A program made the position numbers and the translations under genes. Below are positions 42,201 to 57,200 of a stretch of 64,000 nucleotides of DNA, in pieces. Numbering within the stretch: position 1 is the stretch's first letter; every line of letters starts with the position of its first letter. Source of the DNA: Caecitellus pseudoparvulus (lineage: Eukaryota; Protista; Bigyra: Bicosoecida); the NCBI GenBank assembly GCA_965644315.1, contig CBFFRQ010000214.1, forward strand, positions 12,166 to 76,165, given 5' to 3'. A model generated the notes under the pieces. That model made no database searches. It saw only the letters and a program-made list of their open reading frames with translations, and was not told the DNA's origin.

Positions 42201-45200
42201 GGAGCCCGACGATGCCTCACCACTGCCCACCTGAACGGACCCTGACGATGCACCGCCGGAGCCAGACACGACACTCAGCGTGCCAGATGCACCCTGGGCG
42301 CTGCGCCCACTTGCCATCATGAGAGCACCACCTGTCGCGTGGCCAGCTGCATGGCCGGCCGACACAGCCACTGAACCGCCTGCACCTGCCAGGCTGCCCC
42401 CACCAACCACCTGCACCTGGCCTGCATCACCGCTTGAACTATCACCACTGCCCACGAGCACGCTACCACTCACGCCCCGACTGGCAGCACTTGACACACT
42501 AACGGACCCACTGGCCCCCGCCTCGGATGGCCCCGTCGTGACGTGCACCTCACCACTTGACACAGGGCCCTGGCCCGACGCCACAGACACCCTGCCACCG
42601 GCACCAGATGCGCTGCTGCCCCCCAACACAGACACACTGCCAGATTGGACACGTGCCAAGCCACTGCCCAGCTGCACTGCACCACTGGCACTGCCAGCGT
42701 CACCGCTCATGATGTGCACCGCGCCTGACTGACCCCCTCTTGATGTGCCTGACTGCAGATGCAACTGACCACTCGAGCCGCCCTCCACAGCGCCGCTGCT
42801 GACCTCCACACCACCGCTACCATGGCTGCCAGCTCCCCCCAGCACACTCACACCACCTCCTAGCCCTCCATGAGACCCACCAGCCTGCAGTACGACGGAC
42901 CCCCCTTCCCCACGGGCTGCAACACCAGCCTGCAGCACCACGTCGCCACCCGGCCCAGACACTGCACCCCCAGCATGGCCCGTGATGTCCCCTGATGCCC
43001 CACTCGCGCTGCTGCCCGTCGACAACAGTATGCTGCCGCTGTCACCGTCGCTGCCTGACGAGCTCACACGCACGCCACCTGCGCCTGCATGCACGTCCAC
43101 GGACCCACCAGCACCCGATGCGACAGACACGGTGCCGCCTTGCGAGCCCCCCCCCGCGGCCACAGTCACATTGCCCCCCGACACTGCACCTTTGCCTGTG
43201 CCGACAAACACGTCTCCAGACACGCCAGTCGCGCTGTCCCCACTGCGCAGAGACACAGACCCGGACGCTTCGCGGCCCTCTCCACTGCGCACTTCCACGC
43301 GCCCACCAGTACCACCAGCGCCCCCTCCGAGGAGGACTGCACCGCCGGTCCCATTCACCGACACACCTGCCTGCACGACCACGGACCCGCCCTCTCCTGT
43401 CTCGGATGCACCGGCACTCACCCGCACTGAGCCACTGGACCCCTGGCGTGCAGATCCGCTGCGCACCGTCACAGACCCAGTGTTCCCAGATACTGCCGCG
43501 CCGCTCTGCACCAGCACAGCACCACTTGATGTGCTGCCTGCTCCATCTTGACTCGACACACGCACGCTGCCTGAGGCGTGCGCGGACTCGGGGCCCTCGT
43601 AAAAGCGTTCTTGGCGCGCCTGCATCGCAGCCAGCACGTCCACTGACAACGATGCGTAGTCAATGCCTGGCACAAGAGAACCGTTCAAGCCTGGTACCAT
43701 GCGCACGTGCTCTGGAAGTGCTGCTTGCACATCCTCAGCCGACAGCACATGATCTGCACCTGGTCCACCCTGGCGTACCTTGAGCTGCATCAAGCGACCC
43801 AACACTTCCCGCTTCTCCTCTGCTGTCACAGTTGGCGCATCAGCGATGCCCGTCGGCACTCGCTGCAGTAGGCGCTTCACTGTCATGTCTCCCTGCACTG
43901 TCATGCCATCAGCAGTCAGCTTCAGAGCTGGTGCGCCGCCAACATTGACACTGACACCTTCACCCCCACTTTGCACAGTCAACGCACCGGTCGACTCCAC
44001 ACTCACGTTCCCTGCAGACTCCAGCGAAATGCCTGACGCACTCAGTGCCACCGAGCTGCCCCCACCCACAACGGACACTTCATGCCCTTGCACAGCTACA
44101 CCCCCTTGTGGACCCTCGCTTGATCTCCCTGCTGCAATGCTCACGTCGCCTCCACGCCCGACGCCGTCGCCAGCATGAAGCACCACGCTTCCACCATCAT
44201 TGCCACGCCCAGCCACAAGTGCCAACTTGCTACCTACGCCCTCTGCCGTGGATGAGCTCAGCAGCTCAATCCCTGTGCCACTCTCATGCTCGCCAGATGC
44301 AGCTGCCACGACCACACCATGCCCTGCCAGGCCCAGCTGTGCTCCAGCAGTCACCGACACGCCACCCGCGCCGCCGACTACCTGCACGCCCCCGCCTTCA
44401 CCACTGCTTGACTCCCCACCAGCAATCAACACCGAACCGCTGCCCACAGCAGCACCACTGCCGCCCATCAAGCTCACAGACCCGCCCCGCCCACCTGCCG
44501 AGCTGCCACCCTGCAGAGTGACGTTGCCTGCATCCCCAGCCATGCCCACACCAGACGACACTGTCACAGACCCACTGCTGCCAGATGCCGACATGGAGCT
44601 GCCAAGCAGCAAGTCCCCACTCCGAACACCGCCAGCACCAGTCACAAGCTGCACCCGGCCACTCGCCTTCCCCCCTGCACCGGATGACACCATCACGGCG
44701 CCTCCACTCCCATCCCGACTCATGCCGGCGTGCCATGTGATGGACCCACCCTGCTCCCCCGTGCCACCTGCCACAGACACGCTGCCTCCCCGGCTGCCAC
44801 GCTCAGCCCCGCCGACCAGCCCAGCACGCACCTGCACGGTGCCATGCAGACCCTTGCCGTCACCAGCCAGCAAGGAGACATTGCCACTCTGTGTGTGCCC
44901 TCTGCCCCCTTGCAGCAACAGTGCCCCGCCAACACCTTCGCTGCTGGAGCCGGCCGCCACAGTCACGTTGCCACCGACTGCCTTGCCATGGCCAGCCTGC
45001 ATGGTCAATGAGCCGCCACCACCACCTCGCAAGCCGCCGCTCGCACCCGCTGCAATGACCACATCACCCCCACCAATGCGCACACCAGCAGTGCCAGGTG
45101 TAGAGCCACCGCCCACTTCCACCGCAATGCTGCCGCTGACGTCGCCGTCCCCGCTCGACATGTGCACATGGCCACCCTCTCCGCTCAACACTGCTGATGA

Positions 45201-48200
45201 CCCCCCTCGCAAGGTGACACCACCAGAGGATCGGGCCACCAATGACACACCACCCCCGCCCTGGCCACCGCTCCCGCCTTGCACGGAAACGTTGCCAGCC
45301 ACGCCAGCAGCAGCGTCCCCGCTCGCCAGCACCACGTCACCCGCAGGCCCATCTGATGCTTGGCCCGTTCGCAGCACCACAGACCCTGAGCGCTGGCCCT
45401 CCCCGCTGCTGACCAGCACAGAGCCGCTGGTGTCCCCGGCCCCACTCCTCACGCTGACGCCTCCCCCAGTCCCAGCAGTTGCATCACCAGCGTGCAGCGA
45501 AATGGTTCCAGATCTCTGCTCGCCTTTTCCAGTTGACAGTGAAAGATTTCCAGACTGTTGACCTTGACCGGTTTCTATTTTGACAAGGCCGGATGCTGCT
45601 CCTTTGCCTGTCTGCATCATGATGTCACCAGAGGTTTGATTCGAGTTACCGGTCCCAAGTGAAAGGTTTCCACTTCTGCGAATTCCAAAACCTGTGTGAA
45701 CATTCATGTCACCACTTTCTATTCCCTCTCCTGTCAGAAGCAAAATTGCTCCTGTCTTTTCCCCTGCTGTTCCAGTCGCAACGTAGACCATGCCAGTTTC
45801 ATACCCTTCCCCGGATTTAAGTGATACACCTCCAGAGGAACTGAGAGCACTGCCACTTGCGACAGAAACTGACCCCGACACAATGCTTTTACCTGAGGAG
45901 ACTGAAACGTTTCCACTCCGAAGGCCGGCCGAGCCACTTGACACTGCAATTGACCCTCCTTGATCTCCTCCATGACCTCCAGACACGAGAATATCTCCGG
46001 CAGACGATTCTCCATTCCCGGTCTTCAGTGTCAGATCTCCACTTTGGGCCGCGTCTCCTGTCATTGCCATAATTGAGCCAGAATTCGCCTCTGCGTTCGC
46101 GGTTTGAAGAAGCACGCCGATGAAGTCTGCTGGAGATGTACCACTTACAGACTTGAAGGCACCAGAAGTCATCTTTATACTATGACCCACAACTCTTATA
46201 TCCGACATGTCGGCATAGGACCCAATGCTAACATTGCCACCGCTTTCACTACCAGCACCAGCGTGCAAAAGAACACTCCCACCTGATGTTCCTGAACCAG
46301 CCAAAATATGCACACCCCCGCCACTTTGTGTTGAGAAACCACTCTCAACGCGCACATCACCAGACTGCTCCACTGACGCACCTGACCCAAGAGTCACAGA
46401 GCCAGATGCACTGCTTGACTTCCCCGTCTGCAGCAGAATGTCACCTGAGCGTGCTTCCGCGTTCCCCGTCCCAAGCTTCAAGCTCCCTGACATTCCATCA
46501 GAGGCCGCCGTGTGCACGTCCACACTCCCTGAGCCCAGCGCTCCGGCACCAGACCGTAGCACAATACCCCCCCCTGACTTCCTGTCGCTGCCGCTGCCGC
46601 CCTGCAGAGTCATATTACCGCCTGGCCCCGCCTGGCCTGAACCAGCCAGCACAGTCACACTGCCTCCTGACCCCAATGCATCTGTGCTGGCCCCACCCTG
46701 CAGAAGAACTGACCCACCACGCTGGCTCCCAGACCCACCAGCAACACGAGCTGCACCTCCCTGGAGCCCATTCCCAGCTTCCACAGCGACAGAACCACCT
46801 GATCCACCCACACCAGAGCCTGCTGCGATGCTCATCGCTCCACCTTGCACCTCGCTGTGCCCTGCTTCCAATGACACGGTGCCCCCTGAGCCCTCTTCAC
46901 TTGGCCCTGCGATCAATGAAATGCCACCGCTTCCAGCGCTGCCGGCGCCTGTTCCAATGGTCACATGCCCAGACACAGCCGCAGCAGAATCACCCGTGGT
47001 GATGCTGATGGGCCCACTGCTGCGTGTGCTTACTGCACCTGTGGAGACGTACATGCCACCACTGGGCCCGCTCGAGCTGCTACCGCTGCCCACCACCACC
47101 TCACCGCCTTCACCTGCCTCTGACACGCCAGCTCGCATGGTGAGCACCCCGCCGCGCGCGCCTGCACCGGCTCGCAAAGTCACGTTCCCGCCGATCATGC
47201 CGCCCTCGCCAGCTGCCACCCGCACATTCCCAGCCTGCTCTGAGCCCGAACCAGCCAACACACTGGAGTCGCCACCAGTGCCTGCAGTGCTCTGGCCCCC
47301 CACCACTTGCACACTTCCCCCCATGCCCTCCCCTGCACCAGCGGACACGGCCACCGCTCCACCAGTTCGGCCTTGCCCACCACTCACAGATGCTTGGGCC
47401 GTGTGTGCTACAAGGCGCACGTCACCACCTGCCTGGGCGCCCAGGCCAGCTTCAATGCGCACAGCGCCTCCACCCCCTGTGCTGCGCCCCGCCGACACAG
47501 TCACATTCCCACTTGCTCCTTGAGCTGCATCCCCAGACATCAGAGCCATGGAGCCACTGCTGCCCGCAGATGCCAACCCAGTCTCAATGGTCACGTTGCC
47601 TGAAGTGAGACCGGGGCCACTGCGCAGCGTCAGGCTCCCCCCTGAGTGCCCGTGCCCACCCACGATCTGCACGTCACCCCCAGCGCCCTGCCCATCACCT
47701 GCACTGGCAATGACAGAGCCACCGACCGAGCCAGATCCTGCCAACAAGCTAGCGCCTCCGCCATGCTCATCAGCACCATCTCCGCCAGACAGCTGCATCT
47801 CGCCACCTGCACCGAGTGATGCCGATCCAGCCAGCAGTGCGACACCCCCACCCTGCAGGGCCCCGCTCCCACTCTCCATCACGACGTCCCCGCCATGCTT
47901 GCCTCCGGCGACAGAGCCTGCCTTGATGGCCACTGAACCGCCAGATCCGCCCTCCACGCTGCGGCCTGCGCTCACTGCCACTGGCCCAGCACCGTCACGC
48001 CCAGCGCCAGAGCCCAGCACCACAGACCCGGACGTCCCCAAACGAGAGGCACCACTCACCACAGACACGTTCCCAGACCCCAATGCCCCCATTCCACTGG
48101 AGAGGAACACGCCCCCACTGGAGCCCGACGATGCCTCACCACTGCCCACCTGAACGGACCCTGACGATGCACCGCCGGAGCCAGACACGACACTCAGCGT

Positions 48201-51200
48201 GCCAGATGCACCCTGGGCGCTGCGCCCACTTGCCAACATGAGAGCACCACCTGTCGCGTGGCCAGCTGCATGGCCGGCCGACACAGCCACTGAACCGCCT
48301 GCACCTGCCAGGCTGCCCCCACCAACCACCTGCACCTGGCCTGCATCACCGCTTGAACTATCACCACTGCCCATGCGCACGCTACCACTCACACCCCGAC
48401 TGGCAGCACTTGACACACTAACGGACCCACTGGCCCCCGCCTCGGATGGCCCCGTCGTGACGTGCACCTCACCACTTGACACAGGGCCCTGGCCCGACGC
48501 CACAGACACCCTGCCACCGGCACCAGATGCGCTGCTGCCCCCCAACACAGACACACTGCCAGACTGAACACGTGCCGAGCCACTGCCCAGCTGCACTGCA
48601 CCACTGGCACTGCCAGCGTCACCGCTCATGATGTGCACCGCGCCTGACTGACCCCCTCTTGATGTGCCTGACTGCAGATGCAACTGACCGCTCGAGCCGC
48701 CCTCCACAGCGCCGCTGCTGACCTCCACACCACCGCTACCATGGCTGCCAGCTCCCCCCAGCACACTCACACCACCTCCTAGCCCTCCATGAGACCCACC
48801 AGCCTGCAGTACGACGGACCCCCCTTCCCCACGGGCTGCAACACCAGCCTGCAGCACCACGTCGCCACCCGGCCCAGACACTGCACCCCCAGCATGGCCC
48901 GTGATGTCCCCTGATGCCCCACTCGCGCTGCTGCCCGTCGACAACAGTATGCTGCCGCTGTCACCGTCGCTGCCTGACGAGCTCACACGCACGCCACCTG
49001 CGCCTGCATGCACGTCCACGGACCCACCAGCACCCGATGCGACAGACACGGTGCCACCTTGCGAGCCCCCCCCCGCGGCCACAGTCACATTGCCCCCCGA
49101 CACTGCACCTTTGCCTGTGCCGACAAACACGTCTCCAGACACGCCAGTCGCGCTGTCCCCACTGCGCAGAGACACAGACCCGGACGCCTCGCGGCCCTCT
49201 CCACTGCGCACTTCCACGCGCCCACCAGTACCACCAGCGCCCCCTCCGAGGAGGACTGCACCGCCGGTCCCATTCACCGACACACCTGCCTGCACGACCA
49301 CGGACCCGCCCTCTCCTGTCTCGGATGCACCGGCACTCACCCGCACTGAGCCACTGGACCCCTGGCGTGCAGATCCGCTGCGCACCGTCACAGACCCAGT
49401 GTTCCCAGATACTGCCGCGCCGCTCTGCACCAGCACAGCACCACTTGATGTGCTGCCTGCTCCATCTTGACTCGACACACGCACGCTGCCTGAGGCGTGC
49501 GCGGACTCGGGGCCCTCGTAAAAGCGTTCTTGGCGCGCCTGCATCGCAGCCAGCACGTCCACTGACAACGATGCGTAGTCAATGCCTGGCACAAGAGAAC
49601 CGTTCAAGCCTGGTACCATGCGCACGTGCTCTGGAAGTGCTGCTTGCACATCCTCAGCCGACAGCACATGATCTGCACCTGGTCCACCCTGGCGTACCTT
49701 GAGCTGCATCAAGCGACCCAACACTTCCCGCTTCTCCTCTGCTGTCACAGTTGGCGCATCAGCGATGCCCGTCGGCACTCGCTGCAGTAGGCGCTTCACT
49801 GTCATGTCTCCCTGCACTGTCATGCCATCAGCAGTCAGCTTCAGAGCTGGTGCGCCGCCAACATTGACACTGACACCTTCACCCCCACTTTGCACAGTCA
49901 ACGCACCGGTCGACTCCACACTCACGTTCCCTGCAGACTCCAGCGAAATGCCTGACGCACTCAGTGCCACCGAGCTGCCCCCACCCACAACGGACACTTC
50001 ATGCCCTTGCACAGCTACACCCCCTTGTGGACCCTCGCTTGATCTCCCTGCTGCAATGCTCACGTCGCCTCCACGCCCGACGCCGTCGCCAGCATGAAGC
50101 ACCACGCTTCCACCATCATTGCCACGCCCAGCCACAAGTGCCAACTTGCTACCTACGCCCTCTGCCGTGGATGAGCTCAGCAGCTCAATCCCTGTGCCAC
50201 TCTCATGCTCGCCAGATGCAGCTGCCACGACCACACCATGCCCTGCCAGGCCCAGCTGTGCTCCAGCAGTCACCGACACGCCACCCGCGCCGCCGACTAC
50301 CTGCACGCCCCCGCCTTCACCACTGCTTGACTCCCCACCAGCAATCAACACCGAACCGCTGCCCACAGCAGCACCACTGCCGCCCATCAAGCTCACAGAC
50401 CCGCCCCGCCCACCTGCCGAGCTGCCACCCTGCAGAGTGACGTTGCCTGCATCCCCAGCCATGCCCACACCAGACGACACTGTCACAGACCCACTGCTGC
50501 CAGATGCCGACATGGAGCTGCCAAGCAGCAAGTCCCCACTCCGAACACCGCCAGCACCAGTCACAAGCTGCACCCGGCCACTCGCCTTCCCCCCTGCACC
50601 GGATGACACCATCACGGCGCCTCCACTCCCATCCCGACTCATGCCGGCGTGCCATGTGATGGACCCACCCTGCTCCCCCGTGCCACCTGCCACAGACACG
50701 CTGCCTCCCCGGCTGCCACGCTCAGCCCCGCCGACCAGCCCAGCACGCACCTGCACGTTGCCATGCAGACCCTTGCCGTCACCAGCCAGCAAGGAGACAT
50801 TGCCACTCTCTGTGTGCCCTCTGCCCCCTTGCAGCAACAGTGCCCCGCCAACACCTTCGCTGCTGGAGCCGGCCGCCACAGTCACGTTGCCACCGACTGC
50901 CTTGCCATGGCCAGCCTGCATGGTCAATGAGCCGCCACCACCACCTCGCAAGCCGCCGCTCGCGCCCGCTGCAATGACCACATCACCCCCACCAATGCGC
51001 ACACCAGCAGTGCCAGGTGTAGAGCCACCGCCCACTTCCACCGCAATGCTGCCGCTGACGTCGCCGTCCCCGCTCGACATGTGCACATGGCCACCCTCTC
51101 CGCTCAACACTGCTGATGACCCCCCTCGCAAGGTGACACCACCAGAGGATCGGGCCACCAATGACACACCACCCCCGCCCTGGCCACCGCTCCCGCCTTG

Positions 51201-54200
51201 CACGGAAACGTTGCCAGCCACGCCAGCAGCAGCGTCCCCGCTCGCCAGCACCACGTCACCCGCAGGCCCATCTGATGCTTGGCCCGTTCGCAGCACCACA
51301 GACCCTGAGCGCTGGCCCTCCCCGCTGCTGACCAGCACAGAGCCGCTGGTGTCCCCGGCCCCACTCCTCACGCTGACGCCTCCCCCAATGCCAGATGAGC
51401 TGTTACCTGACCGGAGTTGCACAGCACCTCCACGACCACCTGCAACACTGCGCACGTCCAACATAATGCCGGCATCAGCGCCTGGTGCCGCCGCCTCCGA
51501 CACAATGGCCACTCCCCACGCGTTGCTTGAGCTTGGCTGGGCTGCTCCCGACACTCTGACAGAGCGGCCAGCTACATGCACTTCCCCGCGCTCAGTGGAC
51601 AGTCTGATGTCCCCGCCTGCTTGCCCTCCTGAGCCCGACGCCAGCATGACTCCACCACTCTCAGCAGCATCCCCCGTGCTAAGCCGCAAGGAACCTGACT
51701 GCTGGGAGCTATCACCACTCCCCATGGTCACGTTCCCACTTGCTGTGGACGCGGCACCAGTCGACACAAATATGGATCCACTTCTGGTCGCGCCACCCTC
51801 AGTTCCGATGGCAACACCGCCTCCACCCCCGCTGATCTGCACCTTGCCACCATTGGCTGCACTTGACCCGCCACCTCGAACCACCACATCGCCGCCCCGC
51901 CCCGACATTGACGAAGCAGCTGCGACGACAATGTCACCGCCTTGGTCAGCTGCAGCACCTGCTGAGAGGATGATACTACCCGACACGCCACTTGCAGACT
52001 CCCCAGTGTGCACGGCAACAGACCCTGACTCGCCCGACGCTGTCCCTGTGCTCACCACGACGGCACCAGACACATCTCCGCGGCCCGATGCAACGGACAC
52101 GTTCCCAGACCTGGCACTGCCAGCACCAGATGCCAGGCGAACGCCACCGCTTGTACCATTGCTGCCACTTGCAGACCCGCTGCCAAGGTCAAGAGCACCG
52201 CCCGACTCAACCCCACTCCCTGCTGAGACTGAAACATCGCCACCACGCTCACCGGCAGCATTGCCAGCCACCACAGTGATGTCACCAGACTGCTCCACTG
52301 ACGCACCTGACCCAAGAGTCACAGAGCCAGATGCACTGCTTGACTCCCCCGTCTGCAGCAGAATGTCACCTGAGCGTGCTTCCGCGTTCCCCGTCCCAAG
52401 CTTCAAGCTCCCTGACATTCCATCAGAGGCCGCCGTGTGCACGTCCACACTCCCTGAGCCCAGCGCTCCGGCACCAGACCGTAGCACAATACCCCCCCCT
52501 GACTTCCTGTCGCTGCCGCTGCCGCCCTGCAGAGTCATATTACCGCCTGGTCCCGCCTGGCCTGAACCAGCCAGCACAGTCACACTGCCTCCTGACCCCA
52601 ATGCATCTGTGCTGGCCCCACCCTGCAGAAGAACTGACCCACCACGCTGGCTCCCAGACCCACCAGCAACACGAGCTGCACCTCCCTGGAGCCCATTCCC
52701 AGCTTCCACAGCGACAGAACCACCTGATCCACCCACACCAGAGCCTGCTGCGATGCTCATCGCTCCACCTTGCACCTCGCTGTGCCCTGCTTCCAATGAC
52801 ACGGTGCCCCCTGAGCCCTCTTCACTTGGCCCTGCGATCACTGAAATGCCACCGCTTCCAGCGCTGCCGGCGCCTGTTCCAATGGTCACATGCCCAGACA
52901 CAGCCGCAGCAGAATCACCCGTGGTGATGCTGATGGGCCCACTGCTGCGTGTGCTTACTGCACCTGTGGAGACGTACATGCCACCACTGGGCCCGCTCGA
53001 GCTGCTACCGCTGCCCACCACCACCTCACCGCCTTCACCTGCCTCTGACACGCCAGCTCGCATGGTGAGCACCCCGCCGCGCGCGCCTGCACCGGCTCGC
53101 AAAGTCACGTTCCCGCCGATCATGCCGCCCTCGCCAGCTGCCACCCGCACATTCCCAGCCTGCTCTGAGCCCGAACCAGCCAACACACTGGAGTCGCCAC
53201 CAGTGCCTGCAGTGCTCTGGCCCCCCACCACTTGCACACTTCCCCCCATGCCCTCCCCTGCACCAGCGGACACGGCCACCGCTCCACCAGTTCGGCCTTG
53301 CCCACCACTCACAGATGCTTGGGCCGTGTGTGCTACAAGGCGCACGTCACCACCTGCCTGGGCGCCCAGGCCAGCTTCAATGCGCACAGCGCCTCCACCC
53401 CCTGTGCTGCGCCCCACCGACACAGTCACATTCCCACTTGCTCCTTGAGCTGCATCCCCAGACACCAGAGCCATGGAGCCACTGCTGCCCGCAGATGCCA
53501 ACCCAGTCTCAATGGTCACGTTGCCTGAAGTGAGACCGGGGCCACTGCGCAGCGTCAGGCTCCCCCCTGAGTGCCCGTGCCCACCCACGATCTGCACGTC
53601 ACCCCCAGCGCCCTGCCCATCACCTGCACTGGCAATGACAGAGCCACCGACCGAGCCAGATCCTGCCAACAAGCTAGCGCCTCCGCCATGCTCATCAGCA
53701 CCATCTCCGCCAGACAGCTGCATCTCGCCACCTGCACCGAGTGATGCCGATCCAGCCAGCAGTGCGACACCCCCACCCTGCAGGGCCCCGCTCCCACTCT
53801 CCATCACGACGTCCCCGCCATGCTTGCCTCCGGCGACAGAGCCTGCCTTGATGGCCACTGAACCGCCAGATCCGCCCTCCACGCTGCGGCCTGCGCTCAC
53901 TGCCACTGGCCCAGCACCGTCACGCCCAGCGCCAGAGCCCAGCACCACAGACCCGGACGTCCCCAAACGAGAGGCACCACTCACCACAGACACGTTCCCA
54001 GACCCCAATGCCCCCATTCCACTGGAGAGGAACACGCCCCCACTGGAGCCCGACGATGCCTCACCACTGCCCACCTGAACGGACCCTGACGATGCACCGC
54101 CGGAGCCAGACACGACACTCAGCGTGCCAGATGCACCCTGGGCGCTGCGCCCACTTGCCAACATGAGAGCACCACCTGTCGCGTGGCCAGCTGCATGGCC

Positions 54201-57200
54201 GGCCGACACAGCCACTGAACCGCCTGCACCTGCCAGGCTGCCCCCACCAACCACCTGCACCTGGCCTGCATCACCGCTTGAACTATCACCACTGCCCATG
54301 AGCACGCTACCACTCACGCCCCGACTGGCAGCACTTGACACACTAACGGACCCACTGGCCCCCGCCTCGGATGGCCCCGTCGTGACGTGCACCTCACCAC
54401 TTGACACAGGGCCCTGGCCCGACGCCACAGACACCCTGCCACCGGCACCAGATGCGCTGCTGCCCCCCAACACAGACACACTGCCAGATTGAACACGTGC
54501 CAAGCCACTGCCCAGCTGCACTGCACCACTGGCACTGCCAGCGTCACCGCTCATGATGTGCACCGCGCCTGACTGACCCCCTCTTGATGTGCCTGACTGC
54601 AGATGCAACTGACCGCTCGAGCCGCCCTCCACAGCGCCGCTGCTGACCTCCACACCACCGCTACCATGGCTGCCAGCTCCCCCCAGCACACTCACACCAC
54701 CTCCTAGCCCTCCATGAGACCCACCAGCCTGCAGTACGACGGACCCCCCTTCCCCACGGGCTGCAACACCAGCCTGCAGCACCACGTCGCCACCCGGCCC
54801 AGACACTGCACCCCCAGCATGGCCCGTGATGTCCCCTGATGCCCCACTCGCGCTGCTGCCCGTCGACAACAGTATGCTGCCGCTGTCACCGTCGCTGCCT
54901 GACGAGCTCACACGCACGCCACCTGCGCCTGCATGCACGTCCACGGACCCACCAGCACCCGATGCGACAGACACGGTGCCACCTTGCGAGCCCCCCCCCG
55001 CGGCCACAGTCACATTGCCCCCCGACACTGCACCTTTGCCTGTGCCGACAAACACGTCTCCAGACACGCCAGTCGCGCTGTCCCCACTGCGCAGAGACAC
55101 AGACCCGGACGCCTCGCGGCCCTCTCCACTGCGCACTTCCACGCGCCCACCAGTACCACCAGCGCCCCCTCCGAGGAGGACTGCACCGCCGGTCCCATTC
55201 ACCGACACACCTGCCTGCACGACCACGGACCCGCCCTCTCCTGTCTCGGATGCACCGGCACTCACCCGCACTGAGCCACTGGACCCCTGGCGTGCAGATC
55301 CGCTGCGCACCGTCACAGACCCAGTGTTCCCAGATACTGCCGCGCCGCTCTGCACCAGCACAGCACCACTTGATGTGCTGCCTGCTCCATCTTGACTCGA
55401 CACACGCACGCTGCCTGAGGCGTGCGCGGACTCGGGGCCCTCGTAAAAGCGTTCTTGGCGCGCCTGCATCGCAGCCAGCACGTCCACTGACAACGATGCG
55501 TAGTCAATGCCTGGCACAAGAGAACCGTTCAAGCCTGGTACCATGCGCACGTGCTCTGGAAGTGCTGCTTGCACATCCTCAGCCGACAGCACATGATCTG
55601 CACCTGGTCCACCCTGGCGTACCTTGAGCTGCATCAAGCGACCCAACACTTCCCGCTTCTCCTCTGCTGTCACAGTTGGCGCATCAGCGATGCCCGTCGG
55701 CACTCGCTGCAGTAGGCGCTTCACTGTCATGTCTCCCTGCACTGTCATGCCATCAGCAGTCAGCTTCAGAGCTGGTGCGCCGCCAACATTGACACTGACA
55801 CCTTCACCCCCACTTTGCACAGTCAACGCACCGGTCGACTCCACACTCACGTTCCCTGCAGACTCCAGCGAAATGCCTGACGCACTCAGTGCCACCGAGC
55901 TGCCCCCACCCACAATGGACACTTCATGCCCTTGCACAGCTACACCCCCTTGTGGACCCTCGCTTGATCTCCCTGCTGCAATGCTCACGTCGCCTCCACG
56001 CCCGACGCCGTCGCCAGCATGAAGCACCACGCTTCCACCATCATTGCCACGCCCAGCCACAAGTGCCAACTTGCTACCTACGCCCTCTGCCGTGGATGAG
56101 CTCAGCAGCTCAATCCCTGTGCCACTCTCATGCTCGCCAGATGCAGCTGCCACGACCACACCATGCCCTGCCAGGCCCAGCTGTGCTCCAGCAGTCACCG
56201 ACACGCCACCCGCGCCGCCGACTACCTGCACGCCCCCGCCTTCACCACTGCTTGACTCCCCACCAGCAATCAACACCGAACCGCTGCCCACAGCAGCACC
56301 ACTGCCGCCCATCAAGCTCACAGACCCGCCCCGCCCACCTGCCGAGCTGCCACCCTGCAGAGTGACGTTGCCTGCATCCCCAGCCATGCCCACACCAGAC
56401 GACACTGTCACAGACCCACTGCTGCCAGATGCCGACATGGAGCTGCCAAGCAGCAAGTCCCCACTCCGAACACCGCCAGCACCAGTCACAAGCTGCACCC
56501 GGCCACTCGCCTTCCCCCCTGCACCGGATGACACCATCACGGCGCCTCCACTCCCATCCCGACTCATGCCGGCGTGCCATGTGATGGACCCACCCTGCTC
56601 CCCCGTGCCACCTGCCACAGACACGCTGCCTCCCCGGCTGCCACGCTCAGCCCCGCCGACCAGCCCAGCACGCACCTGCACGTTGCCATGCAGACCCTTG
56701 CCGTCACCAGCCAGCAAGGAGACATTGCCACTCTCTGTGTGCCCTCTGCCCCCTTGCAGCAACAGTGCCCCGCCAACACCTTCGCTGCTGGAGCCGGCCG
56801 CCACAGTCACGTTGCCACCGACTGCCTTGCCATGGCCAGCCTGCATGGTCAATGAGCCGCCACCACCACCTCGCAAGCCGCCGCTCGCACCCGCTGCAAT
56901 GACCACATCACCCCCACCAATGCGCACACCAGCAGTGCCAGGTGTAGAGCCACCGCCCACTTCCACCGCAATGCTGCCGCTGACATCGCCGTCCCCGCTC
57001 GACATGTGCACATGGCCACCCTCTCCGCTCAACACTGCTGATGACCCCCCTCGCAAGGTGACACCACCAGAGGATCGGGCCACCAATGACACACCACCCC
57101 CGCCCTGGCCACCGCTCCCGCCTTGCACGGAAACGTTGCCAGCCACGCCAGCAGCAGCGTCCCCGCTCGCCAGCACCACGTCACCCGCAGGCCCATCTGA